Source: a virus
Length of the DNA stretch: 64,000 bases
IMG/VR virus record: IMGVR_UViG_3300023176_002545
Direction: 5' to 3' (one strand)
The position numbers and the translations under genes were made by a program. The notes under the pieces were generated by a model that was not told the DNA's origin, made no database searches, and saw nothing but the letters and a program-made list of their open reading frames with translations. This document shows, piece after piece, positions 30,888 through 41,236 of this stretch; the stretch's first letter is position 1; each line of letters begins with the position of its first letter.

Positions 30888-31886
30888 ATGATGATTGATG
30901 AGAATACTTTTACTGAAATACCATTTGAAAAGATTGTTAAGTTTGGGCAACGTACCTTATTGGAACAGAACCTATTTACTGTCAGTTGGATTCTTGGTCG
31001 CTTTTGCAATTATAATTGTAGCTATTGCTGGCCCTACGCAAGATCAGACAAACCGGACCATTATGATTTATCCGTTTACAAACAGACAATTGATAATATA
31101 AAATATCAAGCACAGTTAAATGGCTTTAAGAATTTTCATTTTAGTTTCAGTGGAGGCGAACCCACTGCTTATAAATACTTTGGGGAACTTATAGAGTACT
31201 ACTGTAGTGATACAGCACCCGAGTATCAAAGTATACATATGACCACAAATTTATCACCCGGAAGCAAATGGTGGAATAGGTGGTTAGATGCAACAAGTAC
31301 TTTGCAACGTAGAAGTATAACAGCAAGTTTTCACGATGAATTTGCTAACGAGCAAGAGTTTGGAGACAAATGCTTGCAACTAATGAAAGGAGGAACCTTT
31401 GTTACGATTAATCAAGTTATGGTTCCTGAAAGGTTTGAAGAGCTTTACGAACGCCTACAACGATTTGCCGCCAGAGGCATTAGCGTCACTCTCAAACCTC
31501 AGTCCAACAATACTGCCACCGACGTGGTACATGGATATACAAAAGAACAAATTGCAATCATGCAAGCCGGATTCCCACAAAAGTGGCAAGGCGAAAAAAT
31601 CTCGCAAATTGCACTCTACGACGATAAAGGAATAGAGTACGATTTAGATCAAGCAGAACGTTTTAATGCGTTTGGCTTTAATAAGTTTGAAGGCTGGACT
31701 TGTAATGCAGGGTACCAGGGGATAGTTATTAGAGAAAATGAAGTAAAACGTTCCTATTCCTGTCATGAAGAACCTTTAGGAACAATAACCGATGGGTTCA
31801 CTATACATGACGCTCCTAGAAAATGCATTACACGTTCTTGTGTAAGTTCAGCAGATTCTAAACTTCCAAAAGTAAGAGAGATATAA
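30888..31886 (+). CDS. Radical SAM enzyme (#2) with C-terminal Twitch-like module (start 30888 or 30891)
   Basis: CNYNCSYC, GGEPT; C-terminal FEGWTCNAG...YSC...CITRSC. Confidence 0.9.
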   Translation: MMIDENTFTEIPFEKIVKFGQRTLLEQNLFTVSWILGRFCNYNCSYCWPYARSDKPDHYDLSVYKQTIDNIKYQAQLNGFKNFHFSFSGGEPTAYKYFGELIEYYCSDTAPEYQSIHMTTNLSPGSKWWNRWLDATSTLQRRSITASFHDEFANEQEFGDKCLQLMKGGTFVTINQVMVPERFEELYERLQRFAARGISVTLKPQSNNTATDVVHGYTKEQIAIMQAGFPQKWQGEKISQIALYDDKGIEYDLDQAERFNAFGFNKFEGWTCNAGYQGIVIRENEVKRSYSCHEEPLGTITDGFTIHDAPRKCITRSCVSSADSKLPKVREI

Positions 31887-31888
31887 AA

Positions 31889-32320
31889 ATGTTAAAACTA
31901 GTTAATGATGATTGGACATTAGGTTATGTAAAAGACGATCCAGTTCGTCCCCATTTGCCTATGCATTGGAGAATAGTAGACGGTAGAGAAGTTTACACGT
32001 TAGAAGATGACGAAGTAGGTGTTGCCAGGGCTGTTGTTTGTGTAGCATATACCAAAGGTGTTGCTATTACAGAAGAAGAACTAAACAACACAAACGATCC
32101 TGATACAGCAATGTTTTATACTGTATGGAGTTACGACAAAGGTGCTGGTAGAGAAATTATCTTCAGTACAGCAGATGTTATTAAACGTGACAAGCCATAC
32201 ATCAAACGTTTTTGTACACTAAGTCCATTAACTGAAATGGCAGAAAAGTTTCATTTGCGAAATGGTGCAAAGTTATTACGTAAAGGGGACACTTGTCAAA
32301 ACTTTGAGTACATAGTATGA
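31889..32320 (+). CDS. GNAT-fold protein resembling the malonyl-CoA decarboxylase C-terminal domain, 143 aa
   Basis: TAMFYTVWS..KGAGREII...KRFCTLSP parallels the MCD A.FYSIS...G...I...F.TLSP segments. Confidence 0.4.
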   Translation: MLKLVNDDWTLGYVKDDPVRPHLPMHWRIVDGREVYTLEDDEVGVARAVVCVAYTKGVAITEEELNNTNDPDTAMFYTVWSYDKGAGREIIFSTADVIKRDKPYIKRFCTLSPLTEMAEKFHLRNGAKLLRKGDTCQNFEYIV

Positions 32321-32922
32321 AAATTGAACTTGAAGATGTAATGTTCTGGATGGACGCTGTTCGCAACAGTGAAGACAGATATCGTACACTTGAAAGTTTT
32401 TGGAAAGGTCAAATAAGAAGTAAAATATGGTTAACTGAAGCAGTCCAAGCATTAAACTTATACGGTGACAAACGCATTGTAATTCACGGTGGTTGGAATG
32501 GCGTGTTAGCAAGTATTATGTTTAATAGTAAAATTGGAATCAAACATATTACATCTTTAGATATAGATCCTGTTTGTGAAGAAATAGCAAACACTGTAAA
32601 CAAGCGTTATGAGATGGAAGGCAAGTTTACAGCAGTTACAGCAGACATGTGTAATTACAAATATGATGCAGATATAGTAATTAATACCAGTTGCGAACAT
32701 ATTACACAAGAACAATACGAACAATGGTTAGATAATGTTCCTAAAGGAGCAACAGTAGTTTTACAAAGTAATGATTATTTTAATCATGAAGAACATATTC
32801 GTTGTGCAATAGACTTAGATGATTTTACTCAAATGTCTAAAATAAAAGCTCTTTGGCGAGGCACATTAGATACGCCAAAGTATAATCGGTTTATGATAAT
32901 AGGAAAGAAAGACGTTGTTTAA
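32317..32922 (+). CDS. Class I SAM-dependent methyltransferase-like protein, 201 aa
   Basis: IVIHGGWNG motif I, SLDIDP motif II, ADM, DIVINTSCEH. Confidence 0.7.
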   Translation: MKIELEDVMFWMDAVRNSEDRYRTLESFWKGQIRSKIWLTEAVQALNLYGDKRIVIHGGWNGVLASIMFNSKIGIKHITSLDIDPVCEEIANTVNKRYEMEGKFTAVTADMCNYKYDADIVINTSCEHITQEQYEQWLDNVPKGATVVLQSNDYFNHEEHIRCAIDLDDFTQMSKIKALWRGTLDTPKYNRFMIIGKKDVV

Positions 32923-33982
32923 GTTTGAAAGCCTAAAAAGTATACATTTAGAAATTACCAATCGGTGTCAAGCAAGTTGCCCAATGTGTAGTAGAAATGT
33001 GCATGGCGGCTTAGAAAATCCTCTTATCAAAAATCAAGACTGGACAACACAAGACTTTAAAGATGTTTTAAACGAAGAAGTTTTACAACAAGTAGACGGA
33101 TTTTATTTTTGTGGTAACTTTGGTGATCCTATTATTAATAATGACCTAATAGAAATGTGTCGTTACAGCAAACAGACTAATCCTAATTTATATATTCGTA
33201 TACATACCAACGGTGGTGCTAGGTCTCCTGAATGGTGGGAAGAATTACGTTTTGCATTACCTCCTGCACATAATGTTATATTTGCTATTGATGGTTTAGA
33301 AGATACACATAGTTTATATCGTATTGGTACAAAATATGAAACAGTAATAAGAAATGCCAAAGCATTTATAAACGCAGGCGGCACTGCTGAATGGGCTTTT
33401 ATAAAATTTAAACACAACGAACATCAATTAGAAGAAGCAGAACGTAGAGCAAAAGAATTAGGCTTTGCTAGATTTACATACAAAGACAGTGCAAGATTTG
33501 TTGCTACTGAAAAGTTTGAAGTACTTGATAGGTATGGTGATGTATCTTATTATTTAGAACCACCAACTGGAAGTAAAATTAACCTAATTACACAAGACGT
33601 TATTGACAATTACCAAGATATTGTTGATGCTAGTGAGATTGATTGTTATGTTGTACAAACAAAAGAAGTTTATATAGACGCATATAAAAAAGTTATGCCT
33701 TGTTGCTTTTTGTCAAGTATACCTTACAATTATACAAGACAAGACGATAATGTAAAGTATATTAGACAAAAAATGCACTCTCAATATCAAGACCTTATTA
33801 ATGACTTAGGTAACACTAATGCATTAGAACGATCTGTTAAAGACATAATCAACTCAACACCTTGGCAGACTGTATGGAACAAATATTGGGGCGAGAAAAA
33901 ACTAATTACTTGTGCAAGGACATGCGGAGTTAATAAACTCAGCAAACCTAAAGATCAGTTTATAGAAAAGGTAGAACTATGA
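32915..33982 (+). CDS. Radical SAM enzyme (#3) with C-terminal Twitch/SPASM-like module
   Basis: CQASCPMC, GNFGDP; C-terminal DCY...MPCCF...CARTC. Confidence 0.9.
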   Translation: MFKFESLKSIHLEITNRCQASCPMCSRNVHGGLENPLIKNQDWTTQDFKDVLNEEVLQQVDGFYFCGNFGDPIINNDLIEMCRYSKQTNPNLYIRIHTNGGARSPEWWEELRFALPPAHNVIFAIDGLEDTHSLYRIGTKYETVIRNAKAFINAGGTAEWAFIKFKHNEHQLEEAERRAKELGFARFTYKDSARFVATEKFEVLDRYGDVSYYLEPPTGSKINLITQDVIDNYQDIVDASEIDCYVVQTKEVYIDAYKKVMPCCFLSSIPYNYTRQDDNVKYIRQKMHSQYQDLINDLGNTNALERSVKDIINSTPWQTVWNKYWGEKKLITCARTCGVNKLSKPKDQFIEKVEL

Positions 33983-34680
33983 TACATTTTGATCCTAAAT
34001 GGAAAAACATTGGTATAAGCGTAAGTGGCGGTGCTGACAGTGCATTACTAGCATACTTGGTTTGTTCTCAAGTTGAAGATGCTACTGTACATATACTAAG
34101 CCATGTGCGTATGTGGAAAACAAGACCATGGCAGCGTTATGATAGTATTAGAGTTTTTACTTGGCTTGTAAATAGATTTCCTAACATAAGATTTTTACGT
34201 CACGAAAACTTTATTCCGCCTGATTTAGAATACGGTAGCAAAGGTGCTAACATTGAAGATGAATATGGACAACTTCGTAGTGGAGATCAAATTGCTGTAA
34301 GAGCTCATGCTGAATGGATTGCAGCAACAGAAAACTTAGATGTATGGTATGCTGCAAAAAGCAAAAACCCTAGCGATCCTACAATTACAAAAGGTATGCC
34401 CGACCGCAATATTATAGTTGAAGATCCTAATGAACTTGTTAAAGAACACAATGGTGTAACTGTGTGTCATCCGTTTTTATATACAGAAAAAGATTGGATT
34501 GTAAAACAATATATTGATAACGATATTATGGATTTGTTTAACATAACACGCAGTTGTGAAGGCGATTTTGAAAACTTAAATTATACAAACTATATAGTTG
34601 GTGAACCTGTACCAGAGTGCGGAGAATGTTTTTGGTGCCAAGAACGCAACTGGGCCAAGGAAAAGAATAATGTCAAATAA
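33979..34680 (+). CDS. QueC-like PP-loop ATPase, 233 aa
   Basis: ISVSGGADS PP-loop; TRSC...CGECFWC Zn motif matching QueC T.SC...CGxCxxC. Confidence 0.7.
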   Translation: MIHFDPKWKNIGISVSGGADSALLAYLVCSQVEDATVHILSHVRMWKTRPWQRYDSIRVFTWLVNRFPNIRFLRHENFIPPDLEYGSKGANIEDEYGQLRSGDQIAVRAHAEWIAATENLDVWYAAKSKNPSDPTITKGMPDRNIIVEDPNELVKEHNGVTVCHPFLYTEKDWIVKQYIDNDIMDLFNITRSCEGDFENLNYTNYIVGEPVPECGECFWCQERNWAKEKNNVK

Positions 34681-36082
34681 GTATTGGTATCACCCAGAAG
34701 ATACACAACTAGGAAAGTATCAGCGTATCATAGAACAGCAGTCAGGTACGCCTACTTTCTGTGTACTTCCGTGGATACACTTTGCTACACGACCTAATGG
34801 TGACATGCGACTTTGCTGTAGTGCAAATGCAAGCGGTGCTGGAGAAGATCATGAAGTAGGACTTGTTAAAATGGAACACGGCAAGCCTGCAAACTTTGGT
34901 CGAGAAACACCTATGGAAGCATGGAACAATGACTACATGAAAAGTGTACGTACGACTATGCTTAAAGGTGAGATACCTGCTAGTTGCCGCAAGTGCTTTG
35001 AAGAAGAGTCTAAAGGTGTAGCAAGTAAACGTGTATGGGAAAGCGGTACATGGTACGAAGATGGTGTAGACATACCTGAACTAGTTCGCCAGACACAAGA
35101 AGACGGAACCGTTCCTGAAAACTTAAAATACTTAGACTTGCGACTAGGACATACTTGCAATATTAAGTGTGTAATGTGTAGCCCTCATGATAGTTCAAAA
35201 TGGGTAAGCGACTGGCAAAAATTATTTCCACAACTTGACAATGAATCTGTTAAGCAGCAGATGCAGTGGGACAAAAAAGAGTTTAATAACTTCTGGCATG
35301 AAAAGGATACGTTTTGGGAAGAAATGTATGCTCAGATTCCTAATCTAAGACAAGTATACTTTGCTGGCGGCGAACCTCTAATGATCAAAGAACACAAGCA
35401 GTTCATTGAAGAAATAGTACGTCAAGGATATCAAGACAAAATACTGTTACGCTACAATTCAAATGGATTGTTGGTTGATGACGATTTGATTGAACTGTGG
35501 AGTAAGTTTAGAAAAGTTAAGTTTGCAGTAAGTATGGATGCATGTCATGAACGTGATGAGTACATACGTTTCCCTACAGACTTTGAAACAGTAGAACGTA
35601 CATTGCATTTATTAGACAATACTCCTGATAATATACAAACTAGCCTTGCAACAGCAATACAAATATTCAATGTAAAACACTTGCCAGACTTTATGAAGTG
35701 GAAACTAGACAGCGGCTTTAAGAAACTAAATGTAGGCACTGTTCCGGGTGGTACACAAATGGGCGGTGGTTTAGTCAACATGCATTTATTATACATTCCT
35801 ACGTTTTTAAGCATACAGATTCTACCACTAGAAGATAAGCAAGAAGTGCGTGAGCGTTTTATGGACTTTAAAGATTGGCTGTGGAACAACTACAGACAAG
35901 ATGATGATTTTTGGAAGCACAATCCATATGGATGGAAACGCTGGGAGGCAGTTCTTAATCACATGGATGCACAAGACAACAGTCACTTATTACCTGGCTT
36001 CAAAGAGTACACAAACAAACTAGATGCTATTAGAGGTTTGTGTGCAGCAAAAATTTTTCCGGAGTTAGCACACTTGTTATGA
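34670..36082 (+). CDS. Radical SAM enzyme (#4) with N-terminal Twitch/SPASM-like module
   Basis: CNIKCVMC, GGEPL; N-terminal FCVLPWIH...RLCC...CRKCF; start moved to ATG 34670. Confidence 0.9.
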   Translation: MSNKYWYHPEDTQLGKYQRIIEQQSGTPTFCVLPWIHFATRPNGDMRLCCSANASGAGEDHEVGLVKMEHGKPANFGRETPMEAWNNDYMKSVRTTMLKGEIPASCRKCFEEESKGVASKRVWESGTWYEDGVDIPELVRQTQEDGTVPENLKYLDLRLGHTCNIKCVMCSPHDSSKWVSDWQKLFPQLDNESVKQQMQWDKKEFNNFWHEKDTFWEEMYAQIPNLRQVYFAGGEPLMIKEHKQFIEEIVRQGYQDKILLRYNSNGLLVDDDLIELWSKFRKVKFAVSMDACHERDEYIRFPTDFETVERTLHLLDNTPDNIQTSLATAIQIFNVKHLPDFMKWKLDSGFKKLNVGTVPGGTQMGGGLVNMHLLYIPTFLSIQILPLEDKQEVRERFMDFKDWLWNNYRQDDDFWKHNPYGWKRWEAVLNHMDAQDNSHLLPGFKEYTNKLDAIRGLCAAKIFPELAHLL

Positions 36083-37050
36083 TTGTAAAACTACAAAATA
36101 ATCAAGCACAAGATACACTTCGCATAGAATACATGCTGGGCAATCTCTGCAATCATAAATGCTACTACTGTTTTCCGGGCAGTAACGAAGGCGATCAACC
36201 TTGGCCTGATATTGACATAGTCAAACAGAATCTAGGACACCTATTAGAACATTATCGCAACAATGGCAAACCCAAAAGCGAAATATTCTTTGTTGGCGGT
36301 GAACCTACACTGTGGAAAGGCTTGCCTGAACTGTGTACATACTTGAAAGAAAAGTTTGATACACGAATCGAAATAAGTTCAAACGGTAGTAAAAGCATAA
36401 GTTGGTGGAAACGTGAAGCACATAACTTTGATATAGTTGGCATAAGTGTACACAATGAATTTGCAAAATTAGATCATATTAGTGAAGTGTGTGATATTTT
36501 ATATGAGAACAATGTTATGGTAAACGCAGATGTTCTTATGGATCCTTTAGAGTTCGACAAGTGCAAAGAAAACATTGAATATCTAAAAGATAATTCTAAA
36601 TATGAATGGACTATAATTGCTAAACTTGTACATTTTTCTGGTGAACATAGATATACAGATCTACAACTTGACTATTTTCAAGATCCAATAAAGCGTTATC
36701 CTAACAAAGAATGGTACGAAAAGAATGTTAGAAAACCGGAGACACTTATTGCAGTATACAAGCAAGGATTTAGACCGTTCATAGTAAAAGATGATAATTG
36801 GGTAATAAGAAATAAACTAAATCATTTTAAAGATTGGACCTGTAACATTGGTGTTGATTTTATAAAAATTTTTAGTAGCGGACAAATCAGTGGTAACTGT
36901 CAGCAAATATTATACGGTGACAAAATTCACCATAACTTATACAGTAAAGATTTTATACAAAAATACAATCCTAAGATAGTGCCTGTAAAATGTACACAGG
37001 ATATTTGTGGTTGTAGTGAAGAAGCATCATGTACAAAAAGAATTTTTTAG
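36079..37050 (+). CDS. Radical SAM enzyme (#5) with C-terminal Twitch-like module
   Basis: CNHKCYYC, GGEPT; FKDWTCNIG...GNC...CTQDICGC; ATGA overlap with the upstream stop. Confidence 0.9.
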   Translation: MIVKLQNNQAQDTLRIEYMLGNLCNHKCYYCFPGSNEGDQPWPDIDIVKQNLGHLLEHYRNNGKPKSEIFFVGGEPTLWKGLPELCTYLKEKFDTRIEISSNGSKSISWWKREAHNFDIVGISVHNEFAKLDHISEVCDILYENNVMVNADVLMDPLEFDKCKENIEYLKDNSKYEWTIIAKLVHFSGEHRYTDLQLDYFQDPIKRYPNKEWYEKNVRKPETLIAVYKQGFRPFIVKDDNWVIRNKLNHFKDWTCNIGVDFIKIFSSGQISGNCQQILYGDKIHHNLYSKDFIQKYNPKIVPVKCTQDICGCSEEASCTKRIF

Positions 37051-38081
37051 ACACACTAGAACCTAATTACTTTCACATAGAATGGGAAAGCACTCTAAAG
37101 TGTAATCTTGACTGTAGTTATTGTGGCGATGGGCATAACAATAAAATACCTCACCCATCTCTTGAAGACAGTTTGCACACTCTTGATTTTATTGTAGACT
37201 ATGTTAGTGTACAATTTAAAACTCGTCCTAAAGCATTACAACAAGCAAGTTTAAATATTTTAGGTGGTGAAAGTTTATTTCATCCTAATATATTAGAAAT
37301 ACTTGATTACGTAGATCAAAAAAAGAAACAAGTTGACTGGCAATTTTATATTGGAACTATTACAAATGCAGTAGTTGGAAAACGTTTGTGGAAAAGTATA
37401 GTTGAAATGTTAGACTATTTTACAGTTAGTTTTCATGCAGAAGCATTACCAAAACAACGCAAACAAGTAAAAGACAATTTATTATATCTTAAAAAACAAA
37501 ATAAGAACTTTCATGTTAGCATAATGATGCATCCTAAACAATGGGACGTTTGTATTAACATGATAGAGTTTTGTAAAAATCATGACATGCGATACGAAAC
37601 TCGTCAAATCGATCACGATTGGTTTGATTGGCGATTTAATTATACACCAGAACAAGCAGAATTTATAACAGGAAAACGTCCTGCTAGTTTATTGCAAACT
37701 GCAACAGCAATAGTAACACAAGGTGTAAATCTAAGTGCAGAAGGTAGAGCCTGCTGCGGTGGACAAACGCTATGTACAAATTCAGGTTGTACTAAATTTG
37801 TAGATAATAGATTCAAAGGTTGGAATTGCAGTGTAGATAAATTCTTTTTGTACATTAGACAAACTACTGGAGAGATATTTACTAATAAAGACTGTAGAAT
37901 GAACTTTGATGGAAAAGTTGGTCCTATAGGAAATCTTAAAAATACACAAGCATTATTAGACAGAGTAGAACAAGGCACTGACACTATTGTTTGTAAAAAG
38001 TCTAGATGTTGGTGCGGCATTTGTGCTCCTAAAGCACTAGACAAAAAAGACTATGAGAGTATAATGACAAGATATGTTTAA
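37029..38081 (+). CDS. Radical SAM enzyme (#6) with CCGG insert and C-terminal Twitch-like module
   Basis: CNLDCSYC, GGES; RACCGG..LC; FKGWNCSVD...DC...CKKSRCWCGIC. Confidence 0.9.
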   Translation: MYKKNFLDTLEPNYFHIEWESTLKCNLDCSYCGDGHNNKIPHPSLEDSLHTLDFIVDYVSVQFKTRPKALQQASLNILGGESLFHPNILEILDYVDQKKKQVDWQFYIGTITNAVVGKRLWKSIVEMLDYFTVSFHAEALPKQRKQVKDNLLYLKKQNKNFHVSIMMHPKQWDVCINMIEFCKNHDMRYETRQIDHDWFDWRFNYTPEQAEFITGKRPASLLQTATAIVTQGVNLSAEGRACCGGQTLCTNSGCTKFVDNRFKGWNCSVDKFFLYIRQTTGEIFTNKDCRMNFDGKVGPIGNLKNTQALLDRVEQGTDTIVCKKSRCWCGICAPKALDKKDYESIMTRYV

Positions 38082-39318
38082 TTGGTATGTAAAAAATAAA
38101 CTAGGCGAAAGTCTATGTTTAGCAAAGTGGACTAACAGCACAATGCATTTGGGCATAGGAAAGAATCACAGTTGTCATCATCCTAATCCACATGTTGTTC
38201 CTGTTGAAGAAGTGCAAGCAGATCCTAGTGCATTGCACAATAGCTCATACAAACGTAGTGTCAGAAATCAAATGCTCAACGGAGAACGTCCTAGTGAGTG
38301 TGATTACTGTTGGCGTATAGAAGAAACAGAAAAATATAGTGATCGTGTTCTTATGAGCAAGAAGCGTGACAGTTGGCCACATCGCAAAGATATCATTGCC
38401 ACTGACAGATACGATCCTACTATGCTAGAAGTTAGTTTCTCAAACGTGTGCAACTTTAAATGTGCATACTGTGGACCACAGTTTAGCAGTTTGTGGACTA
38501 GCGAAATATCTAACCTTGGTGCGTATCCTACTTCCGACAGTTACAACCAAATACACGAAAAACAAATACTAGACAGAGAACACAATCCTTACATTGAAGC
38601 GTTCTGGGAATATTTGCCTACTATGTATGACAAATTACATACACTTCGTATTACTGGTGGTGAACCTATGCTTAGTAGACACACTGAAAAACTGTTAGAA
38701 TATATTACGCAACATCCTAACAAAAAACTTACAGTTGTAATCAACAGCAACCTAGGTGCTCCAAAACACATCATTGCTAACTTTATTGAACTGCTTGAAA
38801 AAGTGCAGAAAAATGTAAAGCGTATAGAAATAGCAACCAGTGGAGAAAGTTATGGCGGACAAGCAGAATATGTTCGTGACGGATTAAACTATCGAGAATG
38901 GTTATTGAACTGTTATTATGTACTAGCAGCATTGCCTAAACTAAGACTTAACTTGATGTGTGCATACAACGTTTTAAGTATAACAAGTTTTGCTAGATTT
39001 CTAGATGATGTAGTTGCCCTTAAAAAAGAATATAAACGTGTTACGCTCAGTGTTAGTTATGTAAGGCATCCTAGTTTCCTACATGTATCACTAGCACCTA
39101 AAGTATGGAGACCTATACTAGAAGCAAGTTGCGAAAAAATTAAAAAGCATTTTAATAGCGAAACAGTCAAACGTTTTAAGTTTGTACTAGCAGAGTTTGA
39201 TAAGCAACCTACAGAAACACAGTTGCAAGATTTCAAACTGTTTATTTCAGAGTATGATAAACGTAGAGAGAAAAAGTTTTTAGATGTTTTTGGCGAGTAT
39301 GGCTGTATAGTCGGATAG
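38074..39318 (+). CDS. Radical SAM enzyme (#7) with N-terminal Twitch/SPASM-like module
   Basis: CNFKCAYC, GGEPM; N-terminal LCLAKW...SCHH...CDYCW. Confidence 0.9.
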   Translation: MFNWYVKNKLGESLCLAKWTNSTMHLGIGKNHSCHHPNPHVVPVEEVQADPSALHNSSYKRSVRNQMLNGERPSECDYCWRIEETEKYSDRVLMSKKRDSWPHRKDIIATDRYDPTMLEVSFSNVCNFKCAYCGPQFSSLWTSEISNLGAYPTSDSYNQIHEKQILDREHNPYIEAFWEYLPTMYDKLHTLRITGGEPMLSRHTEKLLEYITQHPNKKLTVVINSNLGAPKHIIANFIELLEKVQKNVKRIEIATSGESYGGQAEYVRDGLNYREWLLNCYYVLAALPKLRLNLMCAYNVLSITSFARFLDDVVALKKEYKRVTLSVSYVRHPSFLHVSLAPKVWRPILEASCEKIKKHFNSETVKRFKFVLAEFDKQPTETQLQDFKLFISEYDKRREKKFLDVFGEYGCIVG

Positions 39319-40341
39319 TTCTTTAGCCTTAGGCACACACATTCCACAACCACATCTTTCATTAGGGCAAACAATAGTTCGTTCTTTGTTTGCGTTTGCA
39401 TAAGCAAGTATACTATCAGTGTCTTTAAGGGTGCCTACAGGGCCTCTTAGACCGTCGTGTAGTGCTTGACAGGTCTGATGGTGATACACATTGCCCGTGT
39501 GTTGATCAATGTGTAAGAAGTACTTATTGACGCTGCAAAACCATCCTTTAAAATGTGTATCGACTAGCTCAACTGCTTGCCACTCACCGTTTACTTTGCC
39601 CTGTAAACAGCGACCGCCACAGCATTTACGTCCTAATTCTGTTCCTGCTTTAATTCCTTCGCTAGGTTTTGAAGAATTGGTATAATTGTAAAACCATTCC
39701 TGTTGTTCGTCTGTATAATCGTGTGTTGTTCTACGCAAATTACCATCTGTATCAACAAACCAACCTTTGCGTTCAACATTGCCGTCACCAATAGGACGAG
39801 GATTGTGTTTGATACCTAATATTTTTAACTTTTCACACATTTTAACACCATCAGTCCAGTTGTCTGTGTGCAGCATTACATTAACTTGTAACCAAATACC
39901 AGCTCTGTGCAATAGTTTAATGTTATCGATTGTTTGTTTTCTTAGTCTAGCGTGACCTTCAGTATGGTAACTTACAGTTACACCGTCAAATAACTTAGCA
40001 ATACGATCTGTATTACTTGGATGCCAAGCACCATTAGTAGTTAAACTAAGTCTAAAACGTGTTTCTGTATTTTTAATATGTTCTGCTAGTTGCCAAAACG
40101 CAGGATTAATTGTAGGCTCACCGCCTGTAAAGTTTATGTTAACTAAATCTGAATATATGCTGGTATACTCTTTTATAAATTCAAAAGTTTTTAACAATTC
40201 TTCGTAACTATGCGGAGGACTTACATTGTCGTGGCGACTTGCTTCGCAGTATGAACAGTCAAAGTTACATCTACGTCCAGTATCCCAAGTAACCATTAAG
40301 CGTTCTGGTCCTGTTAAGTTTATAGCACTAGTTTGTATCAT
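39280..40341 (-). CDS. Radical SAM enzyme (#8) with CCGG insert and C-terminal Twitch-like module
   Basis: CNFDCSYC, GGEPT; RKCCGGRCL; FKGWFCSVN...TC...CPNERCGCGMC; ATG at 40341 (TTG at 40347 is an alternative). Confidence 0.9.
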   Translation of the reverse strand: MIQTSAINLTGPERLMVTWDTGRRCNFDCSYCEASRHDNVSPPHSYEELLKTFEFIKEYTSIYSDLVNINFTGGEPTINPAFWQLAEHIKNTETRFRLSLTTNGAWHPSNTDRIAKLFDGVTVSYHTEGHARLRKQTIDNIKLLHRAGIWLQVNVMLHTDNWTDGVKMCEKLKILGIKHNPRPIGDGNVERKGWFVDTDGNLRRTTHDYTDEQQEWFYNYTNSSKPSEGIKAGTELGRKCCGGRCLQGKVNGEWQAVELVDTHFKGWFCSVNKYFLHIDQHTGNVYHHQTCQALHDGLRGPVGTLKDTDSILAYANANKERTIVCPNERCGCGMCVPKAKELSDYTAILAKNI

Positions 40342-41236
40342 TCGCAACCTTTGTTAACGGAATGTCAGCAGCACAAGTACACCATTTGCGTGTACAAATA
40401 ACTGCTTCTTCAGGCGGTTCAAATGATCCATCGTATATATTTCCCAAACTTCCGCCTACTCTGCAAGTAGCTCGATGCACATCACCATCCCAATTAATCA
40501 TTAAACTCTCTAATCCTGCATTACAAGTCCAACCTTCAAACTGATTACGTTGTTCTTTAATAATATCATTAGCGTGTGCAAGTTCTTCATCGTCAATAAC
40601 GCAGTTTTCTTTGGCAGTAGACTTTTGATCTAGTATCCAACGCAGATCTTTTTCTTTATATTTCATGTCATCAAACCAATCGTGCTTTTCTGTCCAGCGT
40701 ATACGTCTAACAACATAAGGAATATTGTGGCCGTCAAACATCATTGCACACTGTTTTACTCTGTCCATGTGTTCGTGATGTGCCATTAGATTAACTTGAT
40801 AAGGAATATTCTTTTCAATTTCGTTTAGTTGTGACCAATGAAGTATATTGTCAGCACATCGACGCCAATTTTTATCATCTTCTACATGCAAACTAAACAC
40901 ATAATGACTTACAGGAAGTCTATTATATAGTTCTGGCGGCAGTGTTGCATTGGTTGTTATGTTAACCCAATCTAATCGTTGGCTAGCGTGTTCAACAATT
41001 TCTTCTATATCAGGATGCACACAAGGCTCACCACCTGTTAAACTTAGTCTAATAGGTTTACCTATTTCATAGAGTGCGTCTATTACATCTAGCATAACTT
41101 TAACATTGGTATGTGGACTAAAGTTGTCATGTATTTCCGCAGGACAATAGGTACAATCTAAATTACAGCGTTTACCAATGTTCCATTCAACATGAATACT
41201 GTCTTGATGATCCCATCTGCTAGTTATTGAATACAT
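40328..41236 (-). CDS. Radical SAM enzyme (#9) with C-terminal Twitch-like module
   Basis: CNLDCTYC, GGEPC; FEGWTCNAG...ATC...CTRKWCTC. Confidence 0.9.
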   Translation of the reverse strand: MYSITSRWDHQDSIHVEWNIGKRCNLDCTYCPAEIHDNFSPHTNVKVMLDVIDALYEIGKPIRLSLTGGEPCVHPDIEEIVEHASQRLDWVNITTNATLPPELYNRLPVSHYVFSLHVEDDKNWRRCADNILHWSQLNEIEKNIPYQVNLMAHHEHMDRVKQCAMMFDGHNIPYVVRRIRWTEKHDWFDDMKYKEKDLRWILDQKSTAKENCVIDDEELAHANDIIKEQRNQFEGWTCNAGLESLMINWDGDVHRATCRVGGSLGNIYDGSFEPPEEAVICTRKWCTCAADIPLTKVANDTN

